A stretch of DNA of 60,799 bases, the filler included, from Asterionella formosa (taxonomy: Eukaryota), in the NCBI GenBank assembly GCA_002256025.1. It is 11 parts of 11 records of this genome, joined end to end, with 100 filler letters (N's around TTAATTAATTAA, not from the genome) between each part and the next. Parts side by side here need not be neighbours in the genome. Positions count along the whole stretch, not along the records: positions 11,093 to 16,537 come from NKIB01013064.1; positions 16,638 to 22,081 come from NKIB01013065.1; positions 22,182 to 27,620 come from NKIB01013067.1; 8 more parts are not named here. One strand, written 5' to 3'. Each line of letters starts with the position of its first letter. Within the stretch, counting starts at the first letter, position 1. A program made the position numbers and the translations under genes. Positions 11,950 to 24,150 of this stretch are shown in pieces. The notes beneath the pieces were generated by a model. That model was given only the letters and a program-made list of their open reading frames with translations, was not told where the DNA came from and searched no databases.

Positions 11950-14900
11950 TCCTCCCCATTGCCACGCTCAAGAGGCTGCAACATTGTTCCACTCTGAACT
12001 GGTTCAGACAATCTCGTATGAATCTGTTCCTTCACGTTCTTGGTCATAATGTCCGCAAAATTATCTTCCGACCTTATAAAATGACTTCCAATTCTTCATC
12101 CTCAATCATGTCCTTTACATGATGATACTTAATATCAATATGTTTTGTCCTGGTTCCGATTTGCTGATTCTTCGCGATAAAAATAGCTCCTGTTATGTCT
12201 TCTCGTAGGATACTTGGTAACATGACCTTACCACCAGTAACCTCATTCAGTAGCGTTGCTATGAACTTGATCTCTTGTCCACACTGGGACATCGCCACAT
12301 ACTCGGTTTCCGTTCTGGACAGCGTAACCGTTTGTTGTCCCTTCGACTGCCAACTGATAAGTGCCCCGCCAATAGTAACAAGATAGCCAGTCGTGCTCTT
12401 CCTGTTAACTAACCTTATTAGCAGCCCAGTCACTGTCCACGTAGGCAATGATTCTTAACTCTTTTGGCTTACGCAACTTGAGAACTCTATCCTCCATATT
12501 GGATAGGTTACCAATGACTCTTGCCACTGCATGCCATTGTTCTTCACCTGGGCAGCTTAAATGAGCCGATAGTTCCCGAACCGCATTCGCACAGTCCGGC
12601 GAATCCTTCTTTGTAGACCATAGTAACTTGCCCACAATTTTTCGATATTCGCCTTCCATAATGACTTCACCGTCATTCTTGTTCAATGTCTTTCCTGGTA
12701 CGCCCGGCGTTGTGTACGACTTAATTTTCATACCGGTCAACTTCTCGTATTCGTGTAGAAGTTGCATACGAAATTTCTGCATCTGCACCTCCCAGTATTC
12801 ACCATACTTGTCCTCTTTCCAAGCATATTCCACTCCTAGGTGTTTCTGTAGAATACCCTGCTTGGGAATATTGAAATCTTCCTTGATAACATTTTTCATA
12901 TACTCCACTGCACTTGGAGTCCCACATACAATACCGTCATCCACGTAATTAACAAGTAGACCATCAATTTGTCCATCCTTGTTCCGGTGCATAAATAACA
13001 TAGGGTCGATCTTGCTCTTCGTCATACCTGGTTTATTGGTGACACATTTCGCAAATGTCCTGGACCAGCATCGTGGAGCTTGTACTATCCCGTACATGGC
13101 CTTCACAAGCTTGCAAACATGTGTATCGGAATCGACTCCGATCAAACCTTGAGGGGACTCAATATAAATGTCCTTATCGACATCAGCATTTAGAAATGCT
13201 GCTTCCACATCAATAGCCTCCGCTCGCCAACCGTTGTTCATCGTCACTGCGAGTACCGTTTTGATTGTCGCATCGCTTGCAACTGGAGCAAATGTCTCAG
13301 TAAAATCGACACCTGGGATTTGCTCATATCCCTTCACGACCAATCTTGCCATGTAAATGGTCTTCCCGTTTAACACATCTTCTTTAATTCGAAACACCCA
13401 TCTCGTTTTTAGTGTTCGCTTCTTAACAGTATCACGTTTGACAACTTTCCACACTCCTCTCGACTTGAAGTTTTCATATTCTTTGTTGATCGCCTTGATC
13501 CACTCTTTCTTGTCTGGTCTTGCCATTGCTTCATCGTAGCTTGTTGGTAATCCTGGATCAGAAGCCAGACTTGTGTTGTACACAAAATTCACCTGTGTAT
13601 TCTTCGTAATTTCCTTCATGTTATCCTCCTCGATGACACCAGGCATCTCAGTATCTCCTGAAATTTTCACAATTTTCGTACTTGTAGGAATGAACGATGA
13701 GTCCAATCTTCGAATTTCACATGCCAACTTCGCTTGCTTAGACTGAGTACTTTCCGCACGTTTAGCCTTCTCAATTGGGGTATTGGTACCACCTGTAACC
13801 TCGTATTTCGTAGTACCATCTATCTTGGTTGATTGTTCAGTTTTCCTCCCCAATTCTTGCTCGTCATCATCTTCATCTTCATTATCGGACACTTCTCGAG
13901 GTTCGAACTCGTCGTAAAAATCGTCATGCAATTCTTCATTAACTTCTCGTACTGATATCTCCATATCCTGTTGGTTGGTGACTAGGTTTGAAAATTTTCT
14001 CTAGTCCATTATCCACGGCCATCACCCAATACTGATTTCCCACCGCGGATTTTGCGTAGGGTCCGCTAATATCAATAAACAGTCTTTCTCCTGGTGTCGT
14101 AGCCTTCTCTTGCGTCATCTTGGGTACTTCGCGTGCTTTCGCCTTGGCTGCTGCGCATCCTGCGCACACCTTTAAATTTCCCACAAGTTTCCACCCAAAT
14201 AATTTCGATGTCTCACGAAGACATTTTTCCCCCACATGTCCAAGCATTTCATGCGCTTCATTTATTTCCACAGTCACATCATTATTTTCGTTCGCGTTTC
14301 TTTTCTCGATCGTTTCACCTATCGCTTTCGTCGTTTTCTTCTTATCGTTAACTTTCGTCCATTCATTCTCGTCTTCTTTAGTATCATAGCTAGTCGATAG
14401 ATTGATGTGTTGGCTTCTCGCTTTCTTGTTCAACCTCCAACACCGTTTCCATTAGAATACTAGGCGTTCCTTGCACATGGTACATTGCACCAATTGTCCT
14501 CGTTTCATCACGTTTGCAGATCAAAAATCCGTTGTTGTTTCTGATCGTCATCTTATCATCGTCAAACATAACTTTATTTCCCTCGTCAATAATTCTCGAA
14601 ATGCTGATAATGTTCTGCTTGAACTGCGGTGCATAGAGCACATTAGTGAGTTTCAACACTTTTCCTTTGTCTGTCGTCGTAAGGGTCACCATGCCTGATA
14701 CAGTCACAACAATTGCTGCGCTGTTTCCCACAAGAACAGTTTCACGTACTGCACGCTTGTACTCAATGATGCGCTCATCATTGCATATATGTACCAGCAA
14801 TTCTCTCTTTTCTGTAGTATTGCCCTTGCTTCGGCAATCAACTGCCTTGTGGCCATACTTGCCACACTTCCTGCAGTCTCCCTTAAACTTGCTTTTTGAA

Positions 14901-15580
14901 AAGAAGGCCTGCTCGCCATTCTTATTCGTCTTGGTTTCGTCACGCACATACAAATCGTAATAGTCGCGTACATTCTTCTTGACCTCTTGGATCGTGAGCT
15001 CGGAGCTCGCGAGACCAAATTTTCCAACCACCAAACTCTTGTAGACTTCCGGTAGGTTGTTGATAACATGGGCCACATAGGCACCATCCGAAATTGCGGA
15101 GCTCGTACGACTTAATCGTTCTCGAATTCTATCCAACTCCACAGACCAAATGTCGGGATTCTCATTCTCGTTAATCGTGCATTTTTTCCACTGACCTGAC
15201 AAGGCAATCACATTTGCCATATTACTTGACTCGTACATAGACACTAACTTGTCCCACGCTTCCTTCGCTTTTCCATTGGGGAACTCTTCACTTCTGGCAC
15301 CATTTACGTATCCAAATGTTCCACTCTGACATGCCATAATCAAACTTGCATAGTCAACCGTATTATTTTGTTTCGCACGCTTCTCATCGTTGTCGCTTGG
15401 AACAATCTTCACTCCAGCTGAATCTCTCTCACCTGGTGATACTTCATCTCCATTTAGGATTCCTTCAAAACCTTTGTAGCAGTCATAGGCCACAAACTTC
15501 GCTTTCCAGACATGCCACTTGGCATCGGTACCATCAAATGTTGGCAACCGCACTCCTGACAATTCGTCGTCAATTCCCAT
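11841..15580 (-). pseudogene. Copia gag-pol, frameshifted and deleted
   Basis: Gag has the zinc knuckle CRKCGKYGHKAVDC. The protease region lacks the D[S/T]GA active-site stretch. GAG-pre-integrase reads HEMLGH..CAGC. The integrase is cut off after GERLFIDISGP..YWVMAVD. RVT_2 motifs are ARLVVKGYEQ, DVEAAFLNA, KAMYG and YVDD. RNase H reads YVDSDWA/RKSTTGY/TKHIDIKYH. Several frameshifts are present. Confidence 0.93.
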
Positions 15581-15616
15581 CTTGAGTACCCTTTCAAACC
15601 TATCCGCTTTAAAGCA

Positions 15617-16022
15617 TGTTGAAATGGTCTTTACTCCTTCCCATGGGCTGGGTCTCTCTTCACGTATACTCTTACGTGATCGTAGTACTACCTAGTACCA
15701 CTTACTTTCTCTCTTGTCTCTGCTTCTAGCCTTCCTGCTAGATAGACTAATTGACCTTGCTGTCAATTAACACACTGTTTCCTCGGTTGATAATCTAAAA
15801 CTCAAATTAAATTATAAGCTAAACTAAATGTTTCCTTTCCATGCATCTGTGCTTCCTGCAAAGTCGTTCTAAGACTCTCTTCGAGTTTCCACTTAACATT
15901 TCCATAGAAATCTTCAATCCTTGATCTCGTTAGACAGCTGATTGATGTGGCAATGCAATATTCGACTCGTTCGATTACAATCGAGTCCACAATCCTTGTG
16001 ACTCGGGCTAATATTCTTGACA
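15617..16022 (-). repeat. 5' LTR of copia element
   Basis: Direct repeat of 11541-11949. The gag ATG at 15580 lies 36 nt downstream on the minus strand. Confidence 0.95.
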
Positions 16023-16771
16023 CCGGAGTACGATGTTATTTATCCAATCCTGCTGCACACATCGTCACTGTACGTTAAAAGAGCAAACAAGAATCGACAA
16101 TTGTTTTTTATCAGCTACCCGTATTGCTTATCAACGCCGGTTCAAGCAGCCGTTAAAACCTGTAGCTACATACCTATGGGGCGGTACTAATCGCCACAGG
16201 GCAAAAACGGCTTAGTCTGGGTGGGTACCAGGGGTCGTTTATATTTTGGCAAGGGTGGTGTATTCGTCATTTAGCCGGTAGTAAATACCGGTATGTTCAA
16301 CCAACAATTCCGCGTGGTAACCAAACCAACAGCAAAGTGCCAACAATCCCTGCCATACTTGGTTACTGGCATGCTTGATGGGATATACTGGTATTAAATG
16401 TTGATTTAACTGGTATCCCCACTTCTCCCTCCCTGCTTTTACTTCTTGAGCAAGAGCGAACAGCCATGTTTTCGAATCAATCTGTAGAAATATCTCTGAA
16501 CGCCCCAACAAAATGCCTCGAAGCGATACGTGCCGACNNNNNNNNNNNNNNNNNNNNNNNNNNNNNNNNNNNNNNNNNNNNTTAATTAATTAANNNNNNN
16601 NNNNNNNNNNNNNNNNNNNNNNNNNNNNNNNNNNNNNATGACGCCAGTAGCGACTCTTTTCCTAACGGATGCGGTTGATTGTTGGATTGCTTGTCTTCTC
16701 GAGGTATTCATGTAGTCGCATCGTCCATATTTCGTCGGACGAACGATGATATCGATACATCTGATGTTGGT

Positions 16772-18148
16772 GGCAAGTTTTTGCTCCAGTCATGTATGTA
16801 ATGATGCTTAACGGATATTCTACCAGTACCGGCCGGCAGTCATCTAGTCTACATACGTATGTGGTACTAAAAACAACCATGCATGGTTTAAGCTATGCTT
16901 TAACGCTTACTTTGAACACGTTACAATATTATCTCTGTAGACTCGGTATTATTTTTACGAGACCTGAAATGTTGAATTATATCGTTCACATATTCATTGA
17001 TTTTACGTACCGTATGCCTGATTTCGTCCTCACAAATATAGTTCTCACTCTATCTTGCCTGCTTTTGCTCTATTCGGGCTTGCAATAGGCAACGTTCGTC
17101 TTTCTTTTATACCATCGTCTGCTGCTTGTTATGCTAGTTGAAGCGGATCGGTGAGTACAACAGTGAAATACTGAATGTGGATTGTAGATCCTATTTATCG
17201 ACTTTCCGATTTGATTGCTTCCGTGGTTTGTTTTGATCGCTTCCATCGTAGTTTGTCGTTACGCACTGTCGTTTGTTTTGATTGTACATATCTACATAAG
17301 AACCAATGCATTTATCAATGACTACTCATTGAAGATGTGGTATTGTGCCGTTGTTGATCGTATTTGTTGATTTGTATAGTCATTGACAATGATGTCAATA
17401 TTGCCGCCAAGCAATGCTTTTCTTGTGCTAACGCGCTTTGCTACGTTTCTACTACGAGTTCGTATCAGAAGCTACATGAATAATCAGCTAGAGAGAGTCA
17501 ATAGTGCTGGAGCAGCGTGGCGATCACGCTTGCTCAGAATGGAATGATCAGGGTTGCTTGTTTGGTGGGCAGCGGAGAGGAATGAATGTGGTGGCGGAAA
17601 TACTGCTACTGGTGTCAGGCTACTGCAGCGATTCGCATGGTTGCAGAAACCAGACCATTACGCTACATAACGATGTAGGTCAAGATTGGTTTCAGCTTTT
17701 CCCTTCTTATTTCGGTCTTCGATTGTGTGGTGATGGAAAGTCAATGTTGCCTGATGTGTAAGTACTACAATGATTCACAATGCATAGCTATGTCTCCATT
17801 GGAACTCTTATTTTTTAATTCATTTCTAATCCAAAACAATTTTTTCTATTTCTCATTTGATGCTACTTATTACATCGCATTTCATACTTTGGTTGCTCCA
17901 AACATCATGTTCAATTTTCGTTGATGTTGCATGCTACAATCATTCTCGTGTGTTTTACGCTTGTTGTACCATCTCTATGCATATTACCGTTATTTTGGTT
18001 GTCATGCTAAAATCGGCAATTTTATTGCCGAAAAATTCGATGTGTTTCATATTGCCCTAAAATAAAAATTACTTAAGAAATTACTTAGAGACTAAAAATT
18101 ACTTAGAAGTGCCCGAATGGCAAGACGATAGCTGGAGCGGGAATCGCC
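16772..18148. mobile_element. About 1.38-kb non-autonomous TIR element; inverted second copy at 39150-40522
   Basis: Aligns end to end with the reverse complement of 39150-40522 on another contig. Imperfect TIRs are GGCAAGTTTTTGCTCCAGTCAT and (reverse complement) GGCGATTCCCGCTCCAGCTAT. No credible ORF. Confidence 0.82.
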
Positions 18149-19756
18149 TAGGCAATTCACAAACTAGCTATCGGCGCGCTTTTCGCCACTACATTGCCCT
18201 TTCTGGTTACATTGAAATCCTATTTTATATAGTTTGTATGTTGGATGCAAACTAGACAATTGCCCTTCATATAAAACATATTTTGTGAATTTCATATCTA
18301 GAGTTTTTGGATTACTCAATCCTGCAATTGCCCATCATATAAAACATAATTTGTACATTTCATGTGCTCCGTTTTTGGACTGCCAAACTACCATCAATAT
18401 TTTCAATAGCCCCTAGATTTGCCTGCCGAAATGGACTGCCGTTTATTTATGGGAAATGGATTACTGACTTCTATTGCCCCCCTATGGACTGCCGTTTACT
18501 TAAGGAAGATGGACTGCCGAAATTGGAAGGGAGTAGGATGAGCTACGTGAAGGCACAAATTGATGGTTTTCTGTTAAGTGTCAATGGCAATTTCACTATT
18601 TACATCCCTGCTATCTTCCAGCATGCTCCGAGGTATAACAACTCTGTTCATTGATGTCTGTAACATCGACTCTTTATCAAATGGATCTGGCTGGTTGTTG
18701 GATAATTCGACTTTTTATGGTATTCATGTGGTCGCATCGTGCTTGCTTCGTCACAGTGGCGCCAAAATTTCGGTTCCCCTTTCTGTTGATTTCCGATAGC
18801 CTTTCCGGTCAACTCCTTCACTAGATTTTATATGTAGTGATAAATAAGATAGTGATTGTTCAAAAGTTATCTCAATCAGTTGTTGAGTATCAAAACTCAA
18901 AACATTATGGTAGGTCAAAGTTAGGCTTCCATCTCGTCATTGAACCGGTATTTTCGTCAGATATGATCAGCCGTTAAATTTTGACTATAATTTGTAGTAT
19001 GTTTTATACGTGTCCTACACTATCTCAAATCAGATCTCGGCAGCAAGGTTTAGTGCTCACGTGTTGGCTTTTTTCCGCTGCCCTACAATAGCATTGTTTC
19101 ATTGCTTTCTAAATCACAATATTACTTTTGTTGCTTCTATATAATCTTCTACAATGACAACGAAAAGTCGTCAATCTCAATGAGCTATTGCAAACTCTGC
19201 AAAGCAGCCGCAACATGATGGAACCGGTGTTCTGCATTAACTCGTATTCAACAAGGAAGAGAGAACAGGTATGTGCTTGTTGATTGTTGTTGTTGTATTG
19301 AGTTCCCGCCATGGTCAAATATACTAATTATGAAACATATTTCTTTCTCTTCAGAACGTTGATGAAGGCTATTGTCATGTTACTCCTCCACTTCCTGACA
19401 ATGCAACAAATCAGTATCCACTGGTCAAACCAGCTTGTCCAATGAGGTGAAATATGTTGCCAGTTGATTGTTGTTTTCACAAGGTATAATATACACACAC
19501 TAACATTATTATTTTCCTGTTTCCCAATGCTAGCAAGCCACTTTTATCGAAACTCGCACAAAGATTGCAAAGTCTCAAGGTCGCAAACTATGTGGGCAAC
19601 AAATCTCGCCAGAACCAACAACATATCACTCCATTGCTCCCTATCAACCTAATCAAAGCTGTCCTCCTCGATTTTCCAAGCCACAAACGTCCACATCAGC
19701 CAGTAAATTTTCGACGCATCCTGCTCCTTCTCCTGTCGGATACTACGACCAGAAGT

Positions 19757-22081
19757 TGTTGGAGAAATTATTTTAGGAAAGAAAATCCCGGTATAAATTA
19801 CCTAATACATATTGAATCGAATGAATCAAGAAAGAATATGGTACCAGAGAATTCGAAAACAATCTACGCCAACAGTAAAACCCATAATTCTATTAAAACT
19901 CTTAGGAACGATTACAATCGATTACGGAGACATCGTTGTTCATATCTACAGCCTATTTGGTCCCTGACGTGCCCTTACAGGATACAAGAAAGCATAGAGT
20001 GCTTCGGGACGCAATTTCAACAGTTTTAATAGAATTAGCCGGCCAGGAAGAGCCGTGATACCACAATCAACAACAGGTGGACCGTTGAGAGTCCAGAGAC
20101 AAGATCTGAGGGTACCAGACCATCCAGAGTCTGAAGAGGTCGCACAAGGCGCATCATGAGTGGCAAAGGAAAGTTTACCAAGAAGGCTCAAGCCAAGAGA
20201 GGGAGCATTGCTTCTCACTCCATCAAGAAGTCAGTCAATGACTATAACTATTACCTCGGATCATGGAAGCAGGCATCTGATTATGAGACTACTACTGAGT
20301 ACCTCATCAATCATATCAAGAAAGTGTTCGACTATGGCAATGACATAGGAACCGTGCTCGAGTTATTAGAACCAATGAGCACATTGGCATGGAAGCCAAG
20401 AATGCAAGTGAGCATTGCAACAACAGAAGAAGATCGCACTGCAGAGAATCGACAATATGAGATTGAGTTCAAGGCTGACAATGACACCTACAGTAAAAGG
20501 GTACAGGCCTACTAAAATAATCATACCAAGGCATATGCATTGCTCTGGGAGAGATGCAACAAAGCCATGAAGAACAAGGTTGAAGCGAGATCCGATAACA
20601 ATAGGATCAAAAATAACCCAATAACATTGCATATGGCAATTAAAGAACACACACTAAATTTTCAAGAAAATCGATATTCTATGTCGATCATTTTAGATTC
20701 GATGCGAATGCTTTTATTCACAAAGCAAAAAGAAGGAGAAAGTCTACAAGACTACACCAAAAAATTTCGTGTGGCATGAGATGTGCTCAAGTCACACATG
20801 GGAGGACCCATTATCCTCACTGAGTTCATTGAAGCCATGGATGGATACAATGAGACCGACATCAAGCAACGAGATAAATTTCGTGAACAAGCTTTCAGTC
20901 AATTTATGGCATATTTATATCTTGATAATGCCAATAAAGCCAAATACGGATCAATTATGACCAGGCTGAACACTCAACAATCACTTGGCAACAATCAATA
21001 CCCAAAGAGCATCACCAAATCAAATAATGTTCTCAGCAACCATCGGTTTGACGTAAAGAATAAAGCCAACTAAAAGAAACAAGGAGATAATAACAAAGAA
21101 AGAGAACAAAAGGATGCAGGCAAGGAAGATGAAGATGTGAACTTATTGTTTGCACAGTTACAAGGAAAATGTTACTGCTGCGGAAAAGCAGGTCACAAAT
21201 CTCCTTTGTGCCTAGACAAGAAAAAACCCAAAGAGGAATGGGCCATTAACAGGGCCCAAAGCCATGCACAGGCACATGCTAATACATTGGACACAAGTAC
21301 AGTTATCTCTGTTAATTCCAACATCCCGCCGTCATCACAGGCTTCACAACAAGCAAATGTCAATCAATTTGGATGGGCGGGAGCGCATATGAAACTACAA
21401 TTTTACCAAGCATCTGAGATGCGTGACTGTATACTATTGGATAATCAATCAAGTGTCTCAGTCTTTTGCAACCCGAAAATGGTTAATAACATTCGAATGT
21501 CAACCAACAGAAGCATGCACCTGGCCACAAATGGTGGATTCATGGTCACTAATATGAAGGCTGATCTTCCACAATGGGGAGAAGTATGGTTTAATGAAAA
21601 GGCTATCACAAATATCTTCAGTTATCGTTCGCACAGTTAGAAGGAAAATGTTACTGCTGTGGAAAAGCAGGTCACAAATCTCCTTCGTGCCGAGACAAGA
21701 ATAAACCCAAAGAGGAATGGGCTATCAACAAGGCTCAAAGCCATGCACAGGCACAGGCTAATAATACATCCGACACGAGTACAGTTACCTCTGTTAATTC
21801 CAACAACCCGCCGTCATCACAAGCTTCACAGCAAGCAAATGCCAATCAATTTGGATGGACGGGAGCTCATATGAAACTACAATTTTACCAAGCATCTGAG
21901 ATGCGTGACTGGATACTATTGGATAATCAATCAAGTGTCACAGTCTTTTGCAATCCAAAAATGGTTAATAACATTCGAATGTCAACCAACGGAAGCATGC
22001 ACCTGGCCACAAATGGTGGATCCATGGTAACTAATATGAAGGCTGATCTTCCAGAATGGGGAGAAGTATGGTTTAATGAAA
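19757..22081 (+). mobile_element. 5' part of a second diatom-type copia element (putative LTR 19757-20022, gag/protease pseudogene from 20156), truncated by the contig end
   Basis: Putative LTR TGTTGGAGAAATT...AATTTCAACA. Gag MSGKGK...YYLGSWKQASDYETTTEYLINHI has stops at 20513, 20777 and 21071. The zinc knuckle is CYCCGKAGHKSPLC. The protease motif ILLDNQSSVSVFCN...WFNEKAITNIFS is typical of diatom copia. Confidence 0.88.
21143..22081 (+). repeat. 479-bp tandem duplication of the zinc-knuckle/protease segment
   Basis: TTATTGTTTGCACAGTTACAAGGAAAATG at 21143 recurs as TTATCGTTCGCACAGTTAGAAGGAAAATG at 21622. The second copy runs to the contig end. Confidence 0.93.
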
Positions 22082-22486
22082 NNNNNNNNNNNNNNNNNNN
22101 NNNNNNNNNNNNNNNNNNNNNNNNNTTAATTAATTAANNNNNNNNNNNNNNNNNNNNNNNNNNNNNNNNNNNNNNNNNNNNACCAGGTACTTCAAGTGAG
22201 AGTCATTGTCATTTCATCTGAAGAAAACCAGGTACAACACCAATGGGAATTTTGCGACGACGACGTCACCAGTACCGCACCGGTATTTGGTTTTCGGTGG
22301 TTGCGCTCAGGTATCTTGTTCATCTGATTCATTGGATAAAATATTGGCTTGCATGTATTTCATAAAAATGAAAAACAGAAATTCTCAACTTATGAAATAT
22401 TCTCATCAAACCAACAAGGACAATCATTCGCTTCAAGAACTATATTATACAGTGTCTGGTACCTCATACAGCAATACACAAGCCCA

Positions 22487-23428
22487 ATGAGCGATCAGGT
22501 GACCTCCATAGCAACAGTAGTAGCCGTCATGGATGACTTTGTCGTCGATCAATTGACGGTGTTGCTTCAACAACAAGACAACTACCAGTGCCCTGATTAC
22601 ATGTCTCCTGACTATCGCCAAACCGATGTGCTTCAAAAGATACCCACACAGCTGCAATTTGTTCAAGAGTGCGCTGCCATTTTTACTGATTCGTCTCTTT
22701 CGAAAGTAGTCACTCCCACTACTCCTCACTTCCATCCGTCGCCGACGGACGTGCGTCGTGTCGACCAATCAACGCCATTGCAGCATCACGACAGTCCTCC
22801 CGTCCCCAGGGCATCAGATGTCGACCACCTGGCACTATGGCGAACTCAAATGTGTTCTTGGGCATATGCAGTGGTGGATACCTTTGGTCATAACCGGACC
22901 ATTGTGGCGGTGGCATTCAATTTTTTGGACAGATACTTGGCCTCGCTCCAGAACACCAACGCCATGTCTCGCAAAGACTTCCAACTCGTTACTATGACGT
23001 GTTTGTACATGACCATTAAACTTATGGAACCTTACAAACTAAGTATAGCTACCATGACGGATATGTCACGTGGGTACTTCACTACCGAAGACTTTGAAGT
23101 GGCGGAATTGGAACTTTTGGAAGCTTTGGAGTGGAGGTTAAATCCTCCAACAGCCGCGGCAATCTGTCAACTAATGATTGGCGAGACGGATGCGGAATGG
23201 ATGGCAATGTGCCAGACACGATGTGAGGAAGTCGTTCTTGATCCCTTTTATGTACCACATAAAGCATCCGCCATTGCCTTGGCCGTCATGATGACATTGG
23301 CGAATGACAGAAACGAATCGATGATGACCGAGTTGAGTCAAGGCATACTTGCACCTCACATCGCGTCGCCCGAGTTTCTAGCCGTCTATCAACACATGCA
23401 ACAAACCTTCATAAACCATATACAATGA
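22487..23428 (+). CDS. Cyclin, diatom-specific (dsCYC) type
   Basis: Intronless. The N-terminus has YQCPDYM. The cyclin box reads WRTQMCSWAYAVVD...VAVAFNFLDRYL...FQLVTMTCLYMTIKL...MSRGYFT..E..ELELLEALEWRLNPPT. Confidence 0.92.
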   Translation: MSDQVTSIATVVAVMDDFVVDQLTVLLQQQDNYQCPDYMSPDYRQTDVLQKIPTQLQFVQECAAIFTDSSLSKVVTPTTPHFHPSPTDVRRVDQSTPLQHHDSPPVPRASDVDHLALWRTQMCSWAYAVVDTFGHNRTIVAVAFNFLDRYLASLQNTNAMSRKDFQLVTMTCLYMTIKLMEPYKLSIATMTDMSRGYFTTEDFEVAELELLEALEWRLNPPTAAAICQLMIGETDAEWMAMCQTRCEEVVLDPFYVPHKASAIALAVMMTLANDRNESMMTELSQGILAPHIASPEFLAVYQHMQQTFINHIQ

Positions 23429-24021
23429 TCCAACTAGAAACAATACATGTTGTTTAAATATCAACTGTGAAAACACCCTCTCATAAAATACACCACCCCT
23501 GTAAGCAAAAACACATACTACTAGAAGTATTTTTAACTATACTCTCTATATACTTGATTTTATACATACAATTGATAGGATTAGCATTGGTCAAGTCTAG
23601 TGTAAGACTTTCTCAGTAGGAGTGTTGCTTTGAATGCATTTTTCCATTCTCATCATCGGACGCATTTATCGACTTTCCGTAAACATCATTTCTTTTGGTA
23701 GGAGTACGTATCACCATCTGTAGTAGTGTAGCTACCGGTATAAGGTACATGGTTATCATACGAACCGGCTATAAAACTCCTGCTATTCTACCTGATACCG
23801 GTCACCTGGTTGTCTTGTTACGCACCGGCCGGTAACAGTGAACAACTGTATTTGTTTATATAAACATAAAAATCAGCTGTAGTCGACAAACTACACTAAA
23901 ATAAATAACACATTCATTGTAGTAAAATATTTTTTATCATTGGAAGCAGCGAGCAAGTGAGCTAGTAAGGGTAATGCATGGTGTCACGAATTGCTGTCTA
24001 CTCCGAGTGATGAGTCAGCAA

Positions 24022-24150
24022 CATGCTTGAAGATCCAACGCATAATGATCTACGGCATCCTCAACAATAGCTAGGTTGGCAGTAACCATGCTTGAAGATC
24101 CAACGCATAATGATCAAAGGCATCCTCACCAATAGCTAGGTTGGCAGTAA
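24022..24150. repeat. Direct tandem duplication, 65 bp x2
   Basis: CATGCTTGAAGATCCAACGCATAATGATC...GGTTGGCAGTAA at 24022 and 24087. Confidence 0.95.

Larger units (their letters stand above)
11541..16022 (-). mobile_element. Ty1/copia LTR retrotransposon with both LTRs, internally deleted (4482 bp), 6-bp TSD CCGGAG
   Basis: LTRs at 11541-11949 and 15617-16022 (TG...CA), with about 18 substitutions and one 3-bp indel by manual count. CCGGAG flanks both sides (11535-11540 and 16023-16028). A PPT (ATGGGGAGGA on the minus strand) abuts the 3' LTR. Domain order is gag-PR-INT-RT-RH. Confidence 0.96.

Noticed and set aside
11729..11992. Duplicated small ORF MSRILA... (also 15802-16023)
   Set aside because: It lies within the two LTR copies, so the duplication is explained by the LTRs.
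16466..16537. Possible gene start MFSNQSVEISLNAPTKCLEAIRAD (faintly like the EIPR1/TSSC1 N-terminus)
   Set aside because: Only 24 codons before the contig end, too short to support.
17504..18060. Small ORFs repeated at 39204-39939
   Set aside because: They are chance frames inside the duplicated non-autonomous element; frames are not conserved between the copies.
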